The translations under genes were made by a program, and so were the position numbers. A DNA stretch of 64,000 nucleotides, taken from positions 206,827-270,826 of the forward strand of contig CAWHUA010000003.1 in assembly GCA_963832375.1 (NCBI GenBank). Reading direction: 5' to 3'. This document shows, piece by piece, positions 9,267 to 19,395 of the stretch. The stretch comes from Vicinamibacterales bacterium (GTDB lineage: Bacteria > Acidobacteriota > Vicinamibacteria > Vicinamibacterales > JAMQPK01). The first letter of the stretch is position 1. The number at the start of each line of letters is the position of its first letter. Under the pieces are notes generated by a model, which worked only from the letters and a program-made list of their open reading frames with translations, was not told the origin of the DNA and did not search any database.

Positions 9267-11332
9267 CTAGGCGACCGTCTGAGCCGCCTCGCGGACGTCG
9301 TACACGAAATCGTAGGCGCGCAGCGGCTTGCCCGAGAGGTCGCCGCGGCTGCCGTTGAAGATCGCATCGAGGATCGCCGACCGATCGGCGTCGGCCTCCT
9401 CGATAATCGCCAGCAGCACGCGCGAGCCGTACTTGATCCAGCGCGGTTGAGGCACGAGCCGCCCATCCGGCCGGGTTTCCACAACCTGTCTCTTCAACAC
9501 CGTCAGCACGAGCTCCGCGTTGGTCTTGCCGTACTCGGTTCCCAGCTTCTTGAACAGCTCCTTCACGGTGTCGCGCCGTTCGTCGAGCAGCTTGATGAAG
9601 AGCTCGGGCGTCACCTTATCGCCTTTTTTGGCGTACTTCCCGTCGGCGGTCAGCTCCGCGCCGTGGAACACCGTCAGATAGAGGAAGTGCCAGAAGATTT
9701 CATACGTGGCGAGGTCGTTCATGAACCGGAGCCCTGTGCGCGGGTCGTAGATCGCCGCGGCGTTGTTGCCGAGGAGCTGCTGGTACATGAACTCGGTGGC
9801 CATGTACATCGCATACCTGAGACCGTCTTCAGTCGTCGGCCCTTGCGGCCGCGACAGCAGCTTCTTGCGCGCATCCTCCGAGAACAGCTTCTCCGGTACC
9901 AGATCCGGTTCCGACAGCTCGAGCGGCGTGATCCGGCCGTCTTTGAGCAGCCCGAGAGCCTCGAGGCGCTTCTGCTCGTCTGGCGTCAGCTTGTCGACCA
10001 CTGCCTGAAGATCGTTGACGTCGGTCACGAGCGACTCGCGGCCCGCCTCTACGTACGACGGCGTGATGGTCGCCACCCAGGACTGGCGATAGGTGTCGTG
10101 CACTTTGCCGTCGATCTTGAACAGCCCGGTGAGCCGTTCCCGCAGCTTGTCGAACCAGATGTCGCGGAGCGCCTTGGGATCGTTCTCGGGCGCCTGCGGG
10201 TTCTGCATCTGCGCCGCCATGCCGCCGATCGGCATGCCGCCGGCGAGCAACGCGAGGAGCGCGTTGCGCATCGTGTAATAGCTCAGCGTGGGGTCGGTCA
10301 TCGTGACGGTATTGGGATCCGGAATCACCATCGACGGGTCGTAACGGAACATCTCCTCGCGGCTGTTCAGATAGTCCCACCGGCCGACGTTCGGTCCGAT
10401 GAGGTTCTCGCGCAGCACCCACATGATCGCTTCCTGCTGGAGCGCGTATTCGGCGCGCTCGTTCAGCATCTTGATCTTGAGCGTGCCGCGCGCCAGTCCC
10501 AGGCCTTCCTCGACGCCTTTCAGCAGCTTCGCGACAAGGCGGGCTTCCTGCCACGTTTCGACCTTGGGCACGTAGTAATAGATCCCGGATCCGTTTTTCT
10601 TCTGCGTGTCGTAGTTGCTCACCGCGTGCATCACGAGCGCCGGAATCATGGCCGGCACCTGCTCGCCGTCGAGCGCGATCTGACGGTTCTGCAGGTGCAG
10701 CCCGGGCACGCGGTGGAAGATCGTGGGCCACTTGTCGGGGGAAGATCGATCGTGTACTCGCGCGGCTTGCCGCCCTGCTTCTTGGAAGGATGAACGAACG
10801 GCTTCCCCACCCACTTATGCGCGAGCAGATCGCGCAGGTTCTCCCACGCCTGATACAACTGGTCTTTGTAGTCGCCGCCGGCATCTTCCCAATCCCACAT
10901 CCATGACGCCGCGCCCGTGTTGAGCGCTCCCATCGCCATGCCGAGATCGATCGCCGGACCGGTGCCCTCGAGACCCGGGCGCATCGTGTCCTTCGGGATG
11001 GGCACGGACGGATTCAGCCGCCAGGCCTGAGGCGTCTTGCGCCCGAAGAATGCGTCGAGCATGCCCTGACGGATGTCGCGCACGGTCGCGGTATGGCCGT
11101 CGGCGTCGCTGATCTTCGTGTCGGGCGGCAGGAAGGTGTAGGTGCGCTCGTGGCGCCCGACCTGGTCCTGGAACGCATGGCGCACGCCGAGCAGCGATCG
11201 GAATTCGCCGCTGGTCTCGCGCGTCAGCTTCGTGATGAGTTCCTCGACGTTGACCTTCTTCCCGCTGACGGTCTTCTCGCCAAACAGTGACGCGTGCTTC
11301 TCGTAGATGTCTCGTCTGATTTCAAGGGCCAC
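9267..11332 (-). CDS. malate synthase family protein, reading frame broken by a 1-nt indel near 10737-10741
   Basis: WMWDWEDAGGDY, YYYVPKVETWQEARL and IGPNVGRWDYLNS match malate synthase A signatures (DFEDS, LPKMES..EARL, NCGRWDY). Two ORFs (10646..11332 and 9267..10814) join as ...REYTIDLPPDKWPTIFHRVPG... if the G5 run were G6. Confidence 0.8.
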
Positions 11333-11420
11333 GGCTTCCTCCGACTCTATGAACGCTCGGCGACGTGCGCCTTGCCTTGTTCCTTACGCCTTACGACTTT
11401 CGACTTGCGCCTTGCGACTC
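11333..11420. repeat. intergenic word block (CGCCTTAC / GACTTGCG / CCTTGCGAC words)
   Basis: CCTTGCCTTGTTCCTTACGCCTTACGACTTTCGACTTGCGCCTTGCGACTCC lies between the amidohydrolase stop and the malate synthase-like start. Confidence 0.55.
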
Positions 11421-12710
11421 CTACGGCACCCACTTTCCCGCGCGCATGACCCGATCGATCTTGATCGTGTTCATGATGTCGGCGGTCGGATCGGCGTTCA
11501 GCAGGACGAGATCGGCGATCTTGCCGGCCTGAATGGATCCGTAGGTCGGATTCTCGGTGCGCTCGAGCACACGCGCGGCGTCAAGCGTCGCCGCACGAAT
11601 CGCGTTGACGGGTGTCAGGCCGGCCTCGACGAACATCTGCACTTCCCTGTGCGTCGTGTGCCCGACCGGGGTCGTCTGCGAGGCTTCCGCCCCGCAGTCC
11701 GTGCCGGTGATCACGCGAATGCCGGCGTCGGACATCATCTTGATGAACGGATAGTTGTTTTCCTTGAAGCGCTGCTTCGATTCCTCGAAGTCCGGCGCGC
11801 CGATCACCTGCTGCTTGCGCTCGGGGTCGTTCAGCATCGCGCGGCCGCGGGCGTAGAACCCGTCGAACTTCGGATCCATGGTCAGGAACTCCGGGTGCTC
11901 GTAGTAGTACCAGCGCGACTGTCCCTGCCCCATGGTCGGCACAAACGACAGCCCCTTCGCCTTGGCATACGTGATGAACTCCGGGTTCATGCCGTCGCGG
12001 GCTTCGTGCATGAAGTCGGTCACACCGAGGTCGGCAAGCTGCTTCACCTGGGCAACGTTGCCGATGTGCGCCGTAATCGGAATGTTCTGCTTCTTCGCCT
12101 CGTCCACGATCGCCGCGATGATCTCGGGGGAAAATCCCTTGTCGCCCATCCAGACCTTGATGAAATCGACCTTCAGCGCCTTGTGCGTCTGAACGCCCTT
12201 GCGCGCCTCCTCGGGCGTCGTCGGCTTCATCGTCGGGGCGCCGGGATACGGTCCCGTCAGGTTGAACCCTTGTCCGGCCGTATACACGCGCGGCGACGGG
12301 AATTTGCCCGCCTTCGCGTCGTAGTACACCTGCATGATTTCCGGCTTGTCGTTGCCGGTCATGCGGATGGTCGTGATGCCCCAGTTGAGCGCCACCGGAA
12401 GCAGCTTCCGCATGACGTCTTCCGGCTGATTGAGATGGCAATGCGCGTCCACAAGGCCCGGGATGGCGGTCTTGCCGGTCGCATTCACGACCGTCGCGCC
12501 CTGCGGCACCTGCACCTTGCCGCGCGGGCCGGCGGCGGTGATTCGATCGCCGCTGACGAGAATCACCGAATCGTTCAGGGGGGCCGCGCCCGTGCCGTCG
12601 ACCAGGCGGGCGCCGGTAATGGCAATCACGGCAGAGCCCTGCTGCGCCTGGGGGACAGCCGCGCACGCGAGCAGAAGGGCCGTGAACAGAGTAAGAGCCT
12701 TGCGCTTCAT
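11421..12710 (-). CDS. secreted amidohydrolase family protein (metal-dependent hydrolase)
   Basis: Signal peptide MKRKALTLFTALLLACAAVPQAQQ; GLVDAHCHL HxH metal motif; GTD...HREV downstream motifs. Confidence 0.85.
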   Translation of the reverse strand: MKRKALTLFTALLLACAAVPQAQQGSAVIAITGARLVDGTGAAPLNDSVILVSGDRITAAGPRGKVQVPQGATVVNATGKTAIPGLVDAHCHLNQPEDVMRKLLPVALNWGITTIRMTGNDKPEIMQVYYDAKAGKFPSPRVYTAGQGFNLTGPYPGAPTMKPTTPEEARKGVQTHKALKVDFIKVWMGDKGFSPEIIAAIVDEAKKQNIPITAHIGNVAQVKQLADLGVTDFMHEARDGMNPEFITYAKAKGLSFVPTMGQGQSRWYYYEHPEFLTMDPKFDGFYARGRAMLNDPERKQQVIGAPDFEESKQRFKENNYPFIKMMSDAGIRVITGTDCGAEASQTTPVGHTTHREVQMFVEAGLTPVNAIRAATLDAARVLERTENPTYGSIQAGKIADLVLLNADPTADIMNTIKIDRVMRAGKWVP

Positions 12711-12780
12711 CTTTCCTCCGAATGGCTAGATGGTAAGCGGGTACTCTTACGATTTACGCGGGACGTGTCAAGACGATTGG

Positions 12781-14285
12781 TTAGTTCGGCACCTGCAAGT
12801 CCGGCATCGGTCTGGTCACGAAAAAGCGCCTGCAGGGCCGGGCGAGCCACCGCGCCCATTGCGCCGAGCGGTTGGCGCGGGCGCTGTCGGTGGCAATGCC
12901 GGTGTTTGCGTACATCTGGCGGTACAGCTTGGAAATCATCACGAAGACCAGGCGACCGCGTAGCGACTTGATGATGCCCGCGCGCTCCCAGATGGCAGGG
13001 ATGCTGTAGAACGTGTCCCAGGTCGTCTGGGTGCCCGCTCGAATCTGCTCGGGCGACAGCAGGGGATGCGGCGTGTACACCTTGGGCCGCTGCTCGCGGG
13101 GGATGAGCCAGAAACGCGTCAGCGGCTGGCCGGCAATCCGTGTCGGGTCGGCCGCCATCTTCTCTTCCCACCTGGCAAAGTCGACGGTGCCCGGAAACGG
13201 CGTCAGCATGATGAACTGCGCGAACGCGATGTCGGCGCGCTGCGCGAGCTCCGCCGTCGCCTGGAACGTCTCCTGCTTGTCGGTGGGCAATCCGAAAATG
13301 AACGATCCGAGGATGTGCACGCCGTGCTTGCGGAATTCCTTGAGGCGCTCCACCAGCTGATCGCCGGCGTAGTTGAAGTCCTTGAAGATGGCTTTCAGAC
13401 CTTCGGGCGTCACCGACTCGACGCCCACGAGCGCTCCCCGGATTTTCGCCTTGTTCATGGCTTCCAGGAACTCGGGGTCTTCCGCCGCCTCCATGGTGAT
13501 CTGCGTATAGAACACGAGGTCGTTGGGCAGCTTCGCGAGCTTGTCCATCAGCTCGAACCGCTCGCGGCGAATCTCGTGCAGCGACTCGAGCCGCGCGATA
13601 TTGCCCTGACGCTCGGCGAGCCTCAGATCCTCCACCGTCACCGGATAGAAGTTGTCGTCCGACAGCAGGATGAACCGGAAGCCCATGCGGCGCAGCTCGA
13701 CGATCTCGCGAACGACGGCATCCGCCGTGCGCTGCCGCGGTTGCTGCCCATCCGTTTTCCACACGGAACAGAACGAACAGTGCTTCGGACAGCCGCGAAG
13801 CGTCTGAACCGAGCCCCACATGTACTTGTCGGCCGGCAGCAGGTCCCATCGCGCGGGCGAAAAGGTGACGCCGTTGACACGTCCGCCGTCGTACATCTTC
13901 GCGGGATTGCCGCTGAGACAATCGGCGATGACCGTGGCCCACACGACATCGCCATCACCTTTCACCGCGGCGTGCGCGGCGCCAAGCTCGTGCGCTTCGT
14001 TCGGGTAGAGCGTGGGTGAATACCTCCAAACACGACGTAGGCGCCGCGCTTGCGAGCCTCTCGACCGATTTCGTATCCCCGCAGCGCGTTGAACGTGTGA
14101 ATGCCGATCCCGACGACGTCGCCAGCAGCGATGGTGTCGTAGTCCATGGGTTCCAGCGTCTCATCGATGATGCGCGGATCGCCATATGTAGGTGGCGTCG
14201 CGGCGGCGAGAACGTAGAGCCAACGGGGGGTGATGACAGCGGTCCCGAACGAAATATCGCTCGGGTTGACCAGGTGAATTGTCAT
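12781..14285 (-). CDS. B12-binding-domain radical SAM protein, frame broken by a 1-nt indel near 14014-14016
   Basis: N-terminal B12-like region (VVGIGIHTFNALRGYEIGREARKRGAYVVFGGIHP) and radical SAM cluster motif GCPKHCSFCSVW. Frames join as ...GGIHPTLYPNEAHELGAAHAAVKGDGDVVW... with one extra C. The ATG at 14285 overlaps the upstream stop (ATGA). Confidence 0.85.
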
Positions 14286-15225
14286 GTTTGGAGCACCAAG
14301 TCTACTTGAAGCCACCATTTCGGCTGATAGGAGATCAGGATGGGTATGCCTGCAAGCGGACCCGACGCTCCATATACGAGCTCGAAGCGCGTTCCCGACC
14401 GCGCGCCGGCCAGGCCGGTCTCGAAGCGCCCTCGAATGACCTTATCGAACGTACGTCCGTCTCGCTCGTATCGGGAAAGGGGGGTAATTTCCAGCTGGCG
14501 AAGCTCGTAGAGGCGATCGCCGTGGATATACGGAACCCTCTGAGCCGGCTTCTTTCGATGCTGGCTGCCATCAGCTCGGACAGCGCGCTCAGGAACCCGG
14601 CTCGCACGCCGCCGGCACGAGGGAGTTGTTTCACCGGCAGCGACGTATCGCCCAGCACATGATCGAGCACCGTAGCGGCGGACTGGTAGGTCAGCTCGCT
14701 CGGCGCATGGAGGGTTCCGACGCGGGCCATCGCCCCGACCGCGGTCACGTGTCCGCGAATCGTATCAAATGCGCGCAGGTCTTTACGATGTTTCAGGTCG
14801 GCTTTAACGTCGCTCAGCCTGTCGTCGTTCTCCTGTGAGATGAGTCCGACGACCGCGGACTCGCCGCGGTGAATCTCCTCGACCAGAAATCCCCACTTGT
14901 TCATCTGGCTCGGCGCTTTCTGGGGATCGGTCCCGATCAGCAATTCGAACGCCTTGTGCTCTCCGGTCCCGCGCCATTTGATGACGGCCGACCCTACGTC
15001 GTCGCGGCCGACCCAGAGCACGAGCGCGCGAATCTTGCCGGCCATCCGATAGGTGTATTCACGCGAAACAGGCAGCTGCTGCCCAGGCAGATTGAGCGGA
15101 ACCGGCAACGCCGCGAATGGGGGCCGAGCTTCCCGCGCCCCCCCTTCGCCAGCCTGGGGCCAGGCGCCGAGCGCGGCAACGGCAAGGATCAGGAAAACAG
15201 CGGCAGACGCCCGGGTGCGGTTCAT
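14282..15225 (-). CDS. secreted hypothetical protein, frame apparently broken by a 1-nt indel near 14553-14555
   Basis: Signal peptide MNRTRASAAVFLILAVAALGAWPQA. After ...MAASIE the listed frame turns low-quality. The -1 frame instead reads KKPAQRVPYIHGDRLYELRQLEITPLSRYERDGRTFDKVIRGRFETG...FELVYGASGPLAGIPILISYQPKWWLQVDLVLQT and stops at a TGA overlapping the radical SAM ATG. Confidence 0.6.
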
Positions 15226-16619
15226 CTGAAGCTCTTGGCCAGCGACACACTCGCGCGGGTGACCGCGCCGGCAATGCCCACGCTGGTCTTGCGCGCCGCG
15301 CTGGCGATCTCCACGCCGGGAGTGGCCGCCGCCCGCCAGCCGCCCGAGCTATCGGTCTCGACCGCTGCCGGATTCTGATGGTACGCACCTACGAAGGCGC
15401 GGGAGGACATAGCCCCCCGAGGTTCGTAGGGTTCGTAAGGTTCGTGGAGTTCGTAGGGTTCGTAGGGTTCGTGGAGTTCGTAAGGTTCGTTGAGCGCGTT
15501 GCCCGGGCTCACCGAGGCGAGACGCGTCGGCGCGGCGCTCGCGGGAATTGATTCGACGGACTGAATCGCGACTGATGATGCCGGTGCGACGGGCTTCAAT
15601 CCGGCAACGATGCGCGCGGCTGGCGAGGCGACCAGCGGCAGGACCATGTCCACGTACTCGCCAACCAGCGGCAGGGCGTTCAGCCGTACCGAGATCGCGC
15701 CAATCGCGCACGCGGCACCAGCGACGACGAGCCACGAGACGCCGCGCCGTGTACTCTCCTTCGTATGGAGCAAACGATCGACGCGGCGCACGAGATCGTG
15801 CTGGCTTCCGAACAATGCCGGCACGACCGCCGGCGCGAGCCTGATGCGCCCGCGCACTTCGGCGGCGACCAGGAGGCACCGGGCGTATGCCTTTGGAAGG
15901 CCGGTTCGCGCGATGACCGATTCGTCGCACGCCATCTCGCTTTCGCGGTTCAAGGCGCGGCCGATGAACGGGACCGCCGGGTGAATCCACAGCACCGCTT
16001 GCAACAACGCCTGCGCCAATCGCGCCCAATCGTCACGCCGCTCGACGTGTGCCTGCTCGTGCAGAAGGATCTGATCCAGGTCCTCGACTCTCAACGCCTG
16101 GACGAGGGAGGTTGGAAGGGCGATGCACGGACGCTGGAAGCCGAGCACCGTCGCGCCCGCGAGCTCGTCGCAGATCATCAACTCTGCCCGGCGTCGCCCG
16201 CGCGCGTTCGCGTCGAGCCAGAGCGGTAGCCGCGATTCGATGGCAGCGGGAAACGGCCGGCACAGGTCGCGTAGCGCGTACACCGCGTGCAGGCTCGGCA
16301 CAAGACGAACCAGTTTTACAAGGGCAACCGCGGCCCAGACGCCAAGAAGGATCGAAACAACGAACGGGGAGATTTGGTAAACCTGGAGCAGCGGCTCCGG
16401 CGCGAAACTCATGCCACTGGGGTCTGACCCCCGTACAGGTACGGAGGTCAGACCCCCGTACGGGGATGATTGGTAGCCCAGCCAGGCGAGGGCGACGAGG
16501 GCCGCCCACCACACGAGGTGGCGCGTCGCGGCATTGAAAGGCTTCGCCTTCAAGAGGATGGCGACGCTCAGCGTCAGGACGACCCCCTGCCAGAGCCACG
16601 TGAGCAGCCACCCCGTCAT
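15222..16619 (-). CDS. BlaR1/MecR1-type M56 peptidase signal transducer (no penicillin-binding sensor domain)
   Basis: Multi-pass N-terminus and zinc motif LLHEQAHVERRDDW (HExxH). C-terminal region is low complexity with an EPYELHEPYEPY repeat. ATGA overlaps with both neighbours. Confidence 0.85.
   Translation of the reverse strand: MTGWLLTWLWQGVVLTLSVAILLKAKPFNAATRHLVWWAALVALAWLGYQSSPYGGLTSVPVRGSDPSGMSFAPEPLLQVYQISPFVVSILLGVWAAVALVKLVRLVPSLHAVYALRDLCRPFPAAIESRLPLWLDANARGRRRAELMICDELAGATVLGFQRPCIALPTSLVQALRVEDLDQILLHEQAHVERRDDWARLAQALLQAVLWIHPAVPFIGRALNRESEMACDESVIARTGLPKAYARCLLVAAEVRGRIRLAPAVVPALFGSQHDLVRRVDRLLHTKESTRRGVSWLVVAGAACAIGAISVRLNALPLVGEYVDMVLPLVASPAARIVAGLKPVAPASSVAIQSVESIPASAAPTRLASVSPGNALNEPYELHEPYEPYELHEPYEPYEPRGAMSSRAFVGAYHQNPAAVETDSSGGWRAAATPGVEIASAARKTSVGIAGAVTRASVSLAKSFR
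15421..15493 (-). repeat. in-frame 9-nt/27-nt tandem repeat inside blaR1-like gene
   Basis: GGTTCGTAG-type 9-mers reiterated about 8 times, encoding NEPYELHEPYEPYELHEPYEPYEP. Confidence 0.85.
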
Positions 16620-16999
16620 GAGGCCTCCTCGATCCGCTCCTTCAACTGCTTCACGACATCGGGAGCGAGCTGCTCGTCTTCGAGCAGATTCAGCATCAGC
16701 AGGTGCGTCGACCCTTCGAAGAAACGGTTGACCAGCGTCTGCAGCGCGCTGCGGCTGGCGGCGGCACGGCCGACTTCGGGCAGGAAAATGAAGGCACGCC
16801 CGTCCTTCCGGTGCGAGACATACCCCTTCCTCTCCATGATGCGCAGCAGCGTGAGCACCGTGTTGTAGGCGGGCTTCGGTCCTGTGGTGAGGGCCTCCAC
16901 CACCTCCCCGACGGTCGCCTGACCTTTTTCCCAGAGCACGCGCATCAGACGCAGTTCGCCGTCGGTCATCGTTGGGGACGTAGGACGAGACATGTTCAC
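16616..16999 (-). CDS. BlaI/MecI/CopY family transcriptional repressor
   Basis: 127 aa; winged-helix N-terminus (LRLMRVLWEKGQATVGEVVEAL...YNTVLTLLRIMERKGYV); stop overlaps the blaR1-like ATG. Confidence 0.9.
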   Translation of the reverse strand: MNMSRPTSPTMTDGELRLMRVLWEKGQATVGEVVEALTTGPKPAYNTVLTLLRIMERKGYVSHRKDGRAFIFLPEVGRAAASRSALQTLVNRFFEGSTHLLMLNLLEDEQLAPDVVKQLKERIEEAS

Positions 17000-17020
17000 C
17001 TAATCAATTAAGACTTGCCC

Positions 17021-17050
17021 AGACTACGCTCCCGTGAAGGCCTCTGTCAA
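17021..17050 (-). promoter_or_regulatory. candidate sigma-70-like promoter for the blaI operon
   Basis: Minus strand reads TTGACA (17050-17045), an 18-nt spacer, then TAGTCT (17026-21). AGGTGA Shine-Dalgarno lies 5 nt before the blaI ATG. ATTAAGA(C/A)TTG occurs twice (about 17008 and 17058). By-eye match only. Confidence 0.3.
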
Positions 17051-17058
17051 CTATGAAA

Positions 17059-18393
17059 TTAAGAATTGGACACTTCGGAAAGTGCGTCGCTCAGGAGGCG
17101 AACCGCAATGTCGGCTTCGTCCCTTGTCAGCACGAGTGGTGGAGAAAAACGAATGATGTTCGCCCCGGCGGCGAGAACCAGCAGCCCCCGGCGGAAGGCG
17201 GCCATCACGACCTCGTCGCGCTCGGTCGTTGCCCTTTCTTTCGTCTGGCGATTGCGGACGAGCTCGACACCGATCATCAAGCCGTGCCCGCGCACATCTC
17301 CGATAAGGGAATGCCGCTTTGCCAGCTCGCGCAGCCGGTCCTGCAGGTAGCCGCCGACCTCGACCGCGTTCTGCATCAGCCCGCCTTCGACGAGCTTGAT
17401 CGTCGCCAGCGCCGCCGCCGAGGCGACGGGGTTGCCGCCGAACGTGTTCGAGTGCGCGCCTGTCGGCCAGTCCATCACGTCCTGCCCGGCAATGGTGACG
17501 CCCATCGGAAGGCCGGATGCGATGCCCTTCGCGGCAACGATGATGTCGGGCTGTACGCCGAAATGCTGGATACCGAACATCTTTCCCGTACGCCCGAAGC
17601 CCGACTGCACTTCGTCGGCAATGAGCAGCATGCCGTGTTTCGCCGCAATCTTCGACAGCCCCTGGATGAATTCCTCCGGCGGCACGACGTATCCGCCTTC
17701 CCCCTGAATCGGCTCGACGATGATGGCGGCGACCTCGTCGGGCGCCACCAGATGCGCGAGGATCTGGTGCTCGATGTATGCGAGCGCGTCGCACGCCACG
17801 TTCGACCGATCGCGCCCGCTTCCAATCACGGGCCGATACGGATTGGCGTACGGCGCGTGAAACACACCGGGCGACATGGGACCGAACCCGTGCCGCTGCA
17901 CGGTGCGGCTCGACGTGAGCGAAAGCGACCCGAGCGTGCGGCCGTGAAACGACCCGAGAAACGCGATGAGGTTGAAGCGTCCCGTGTGATGCCGCGCGAG
18001 CTTGATGGCCGCCTCGACCGCTTCGGTTCCGGAATTCGAGAAAAATGTCCTGGCAGGACCCTTCACGGGCGCGATCCGCGAGAGCTCCTCGCCCAGCACG
18101 ATCTGCGACTCGTGGTAGTAGTCGGTCGAGATGTGAAGAAACCGCGCAGCCTGCTCGGTGACGGCGCGCACGACGTCGGGATGCGAATGGCCGGTCGACG
18201 CGACAGCGATTCCCGCACAGCAGTCGAGATAGACGTTGCCATCCACGTCTTCGACGACGCAGCCCTCGCCTCGCGCCATCACGAACGGCGCGCTGCGGGG
18301 GTAGGATGGCGACACCACGGCGCGATCGCGCTCGAGCAGCGCTTTGGCGCGGGGTCCGGGTGGCGGCACTTTGATGTCGGGAACGCGCATCAT
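17059..18393 (-). CDS. class-III PLP-dependent aminotransferase (4-aminobutyrate/ornithine aminotransferase-like)
   Basis: 444 aa; SNSGTEAVEAAIKLAR, DEVQSGFGRTGKMF and FGGNPVA motifs. Confidence 0.9.
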   Translation of the reverse strand: MMRVPDIKVPPPGPRAKALLERDRAVVSPSYPRSAPFVMARGEGCVVEDVDGNVYLDCCAGIAVASTGHSHPDVVRAVTEQAARFLHISTDYYHESQIVLGEELSRIAPVKGPARTFFSNSGTEAVEAAIKLARHHTGRFNLIAFLGSFHGRTLGSLSLTSSRTVQRHGFGPMSPGVFHAPYANPYRPVIGSGRDRSNVACDALAYIEHQILAHLVAPDEVAAIIVEPIQGEGGYVVPPEEFIQGLSKIAAKHGMLLIADEVQSGFGRTGKMFGIQHFGVQPDIIVAAKGIASGLPMGVTIAGQDVMDWPTGAHSNTFGGNPVASAAALATIKLVEGGLMQNAVEVGGYLQDRLRELAKRHSLIGDVRGHGLMIGVELVRNRQTKERATTERDEVVMAAFRRGLLVLAAGANIIRFSPPLVLTRDEADIAVRLLSDALSEVSNS

Positions 18394-18483
18394 GCTTTAC
18401 AGACGATCAGGGGATCAGATGTCTTTTCGGCAAATCACCATCTGAACTTCTGATCTGTTGTTCCTACCTGCTATTGTAGGCCC

Positions 18484-19395
18484 GTGCCTTCGGCGGTCCA
18501 CCTCATCGGCGTCCCTCTCGACATGGGCGGCAGCCGCCGCGGCGTCGACATGGGACCGTCGGCGTTTCGTATCGCCGGGCTCAGCGAGAAGATTGCGGCC
18601 CTTGGCCGCGTGGTCGCCGATCGCGGCGATCTGCTGTCTCCCATTCCCGAGACGAAGAAACACGGCGATCCGCGAAAGAAATACATCAGGGACATTGCGA
18701 AAGTGTGCGATCGCGTGTATCAGACCGCGCGCGCGTCGCTCGAAGAAGGCGCGCTGCCGCTGGTCCTCGGCGGCGATCACAGTCTTGGCGCCGGCTCCGT
18801 CGCCGCATCGGCCGCGCACGCCCGGGCCGCCGAGAAACCGCTGGGGCTTCTGTGGGTTGATGCGCACGGCGACATGAACACGCCGGCGAGCACACCGAGC
18901 GGAAACGTACACGGCATGCCGCTCGCCGCGCTGCTCGGTCCGGAGCCGTCAGAGCTGTCCTCCATCGGCGGCTTCTCGCCAACCGTCCTGCCGCAGCACA
19001 CCGCGCTCATCGGCGTGCGCAACCTGGACGATCGCGAAAAAGATCTCGTCCGCAACTCGGGCGTGCACGTCTTCACGATGAAAGACATCGATCGGCTCGG
19101 CGTCGCCACGGTCGCCTCGCAGGCCTTGAAGGCGGTGAGCGACGGCGTGGCCGGCATTCACGTCTCGTTCGATCTGGACGTGTGCGATCCGTCGATCGCG
19201 CCTGGCGTCGGTACGCCCGTGAAAGGCGGGTTGAACTACCGCGAGGCACACCTGCTGATGGAACTGTTCGCCGAGTCCGGCCTGCTGCTCGCGCTCGATC
19301 TGGTGGAGGTCAACCCGACGCTGGACATCCGCAATACAACCGCCGAGCTCGGCACCGAGCTCGCGCTCTCCGCGCTGGGCATGAGGATTCTCTGA
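18484..19395 (+). CDS. rocF: arginase
   Basis: Ureohydrolase Mn-binding motifs GGDHSLG, VDAHGDMNTP and SFDLDVCDP; 303 aa. Confidence 0.9.
   Translation: MPSAVHLIGVPLDMGGSRRGVDMGPSAFRIAGLSEKIAALGRVVADRGDLLSPIPETKKHGDPRKKYIRDIAKVCDRVYQTARASLEEGALPLVLGGDHSLGAGSVAASAAHARAAEKPLGLLWVDAHGDMNTPASTPSGNVHGMPLAALLGPEPSELSSIGGFSPTVLPQHTALIGVRNLDDREKDLVRNSGVHVFTMKDIDRLGVATVASQALKAVSDGVAGIHVSFDLDVCDPSIAPGVGTPVKGGLNYREAHLLMELFAESGLLLALDLVEVNPTLDIRNTTAELGTELALSALGMRIL

Noticed and set aside
10730-10745. Programmed ribosomal frameshifting as an explanation for the split genes
   Set aside because: There is no slippery heptamer or downstream pseudoknot pattern. The seven sites are in unrelated genes and mostly at plain homopolymers.
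9201-10793. 530-aa plus-strand ORF antisense to the malate synthase-like gene
   Set aside because: Same reasoning: low-complexity Arg/Leu/Val-rich sequence, and it starts inside the terminator palindrome.
11307-12971. 554-aa plus-strand ORF spanning the amidohydrolase locus
   Set aside because: It is antisense to a motif-bearing gene and crosses two intergenic spacers.
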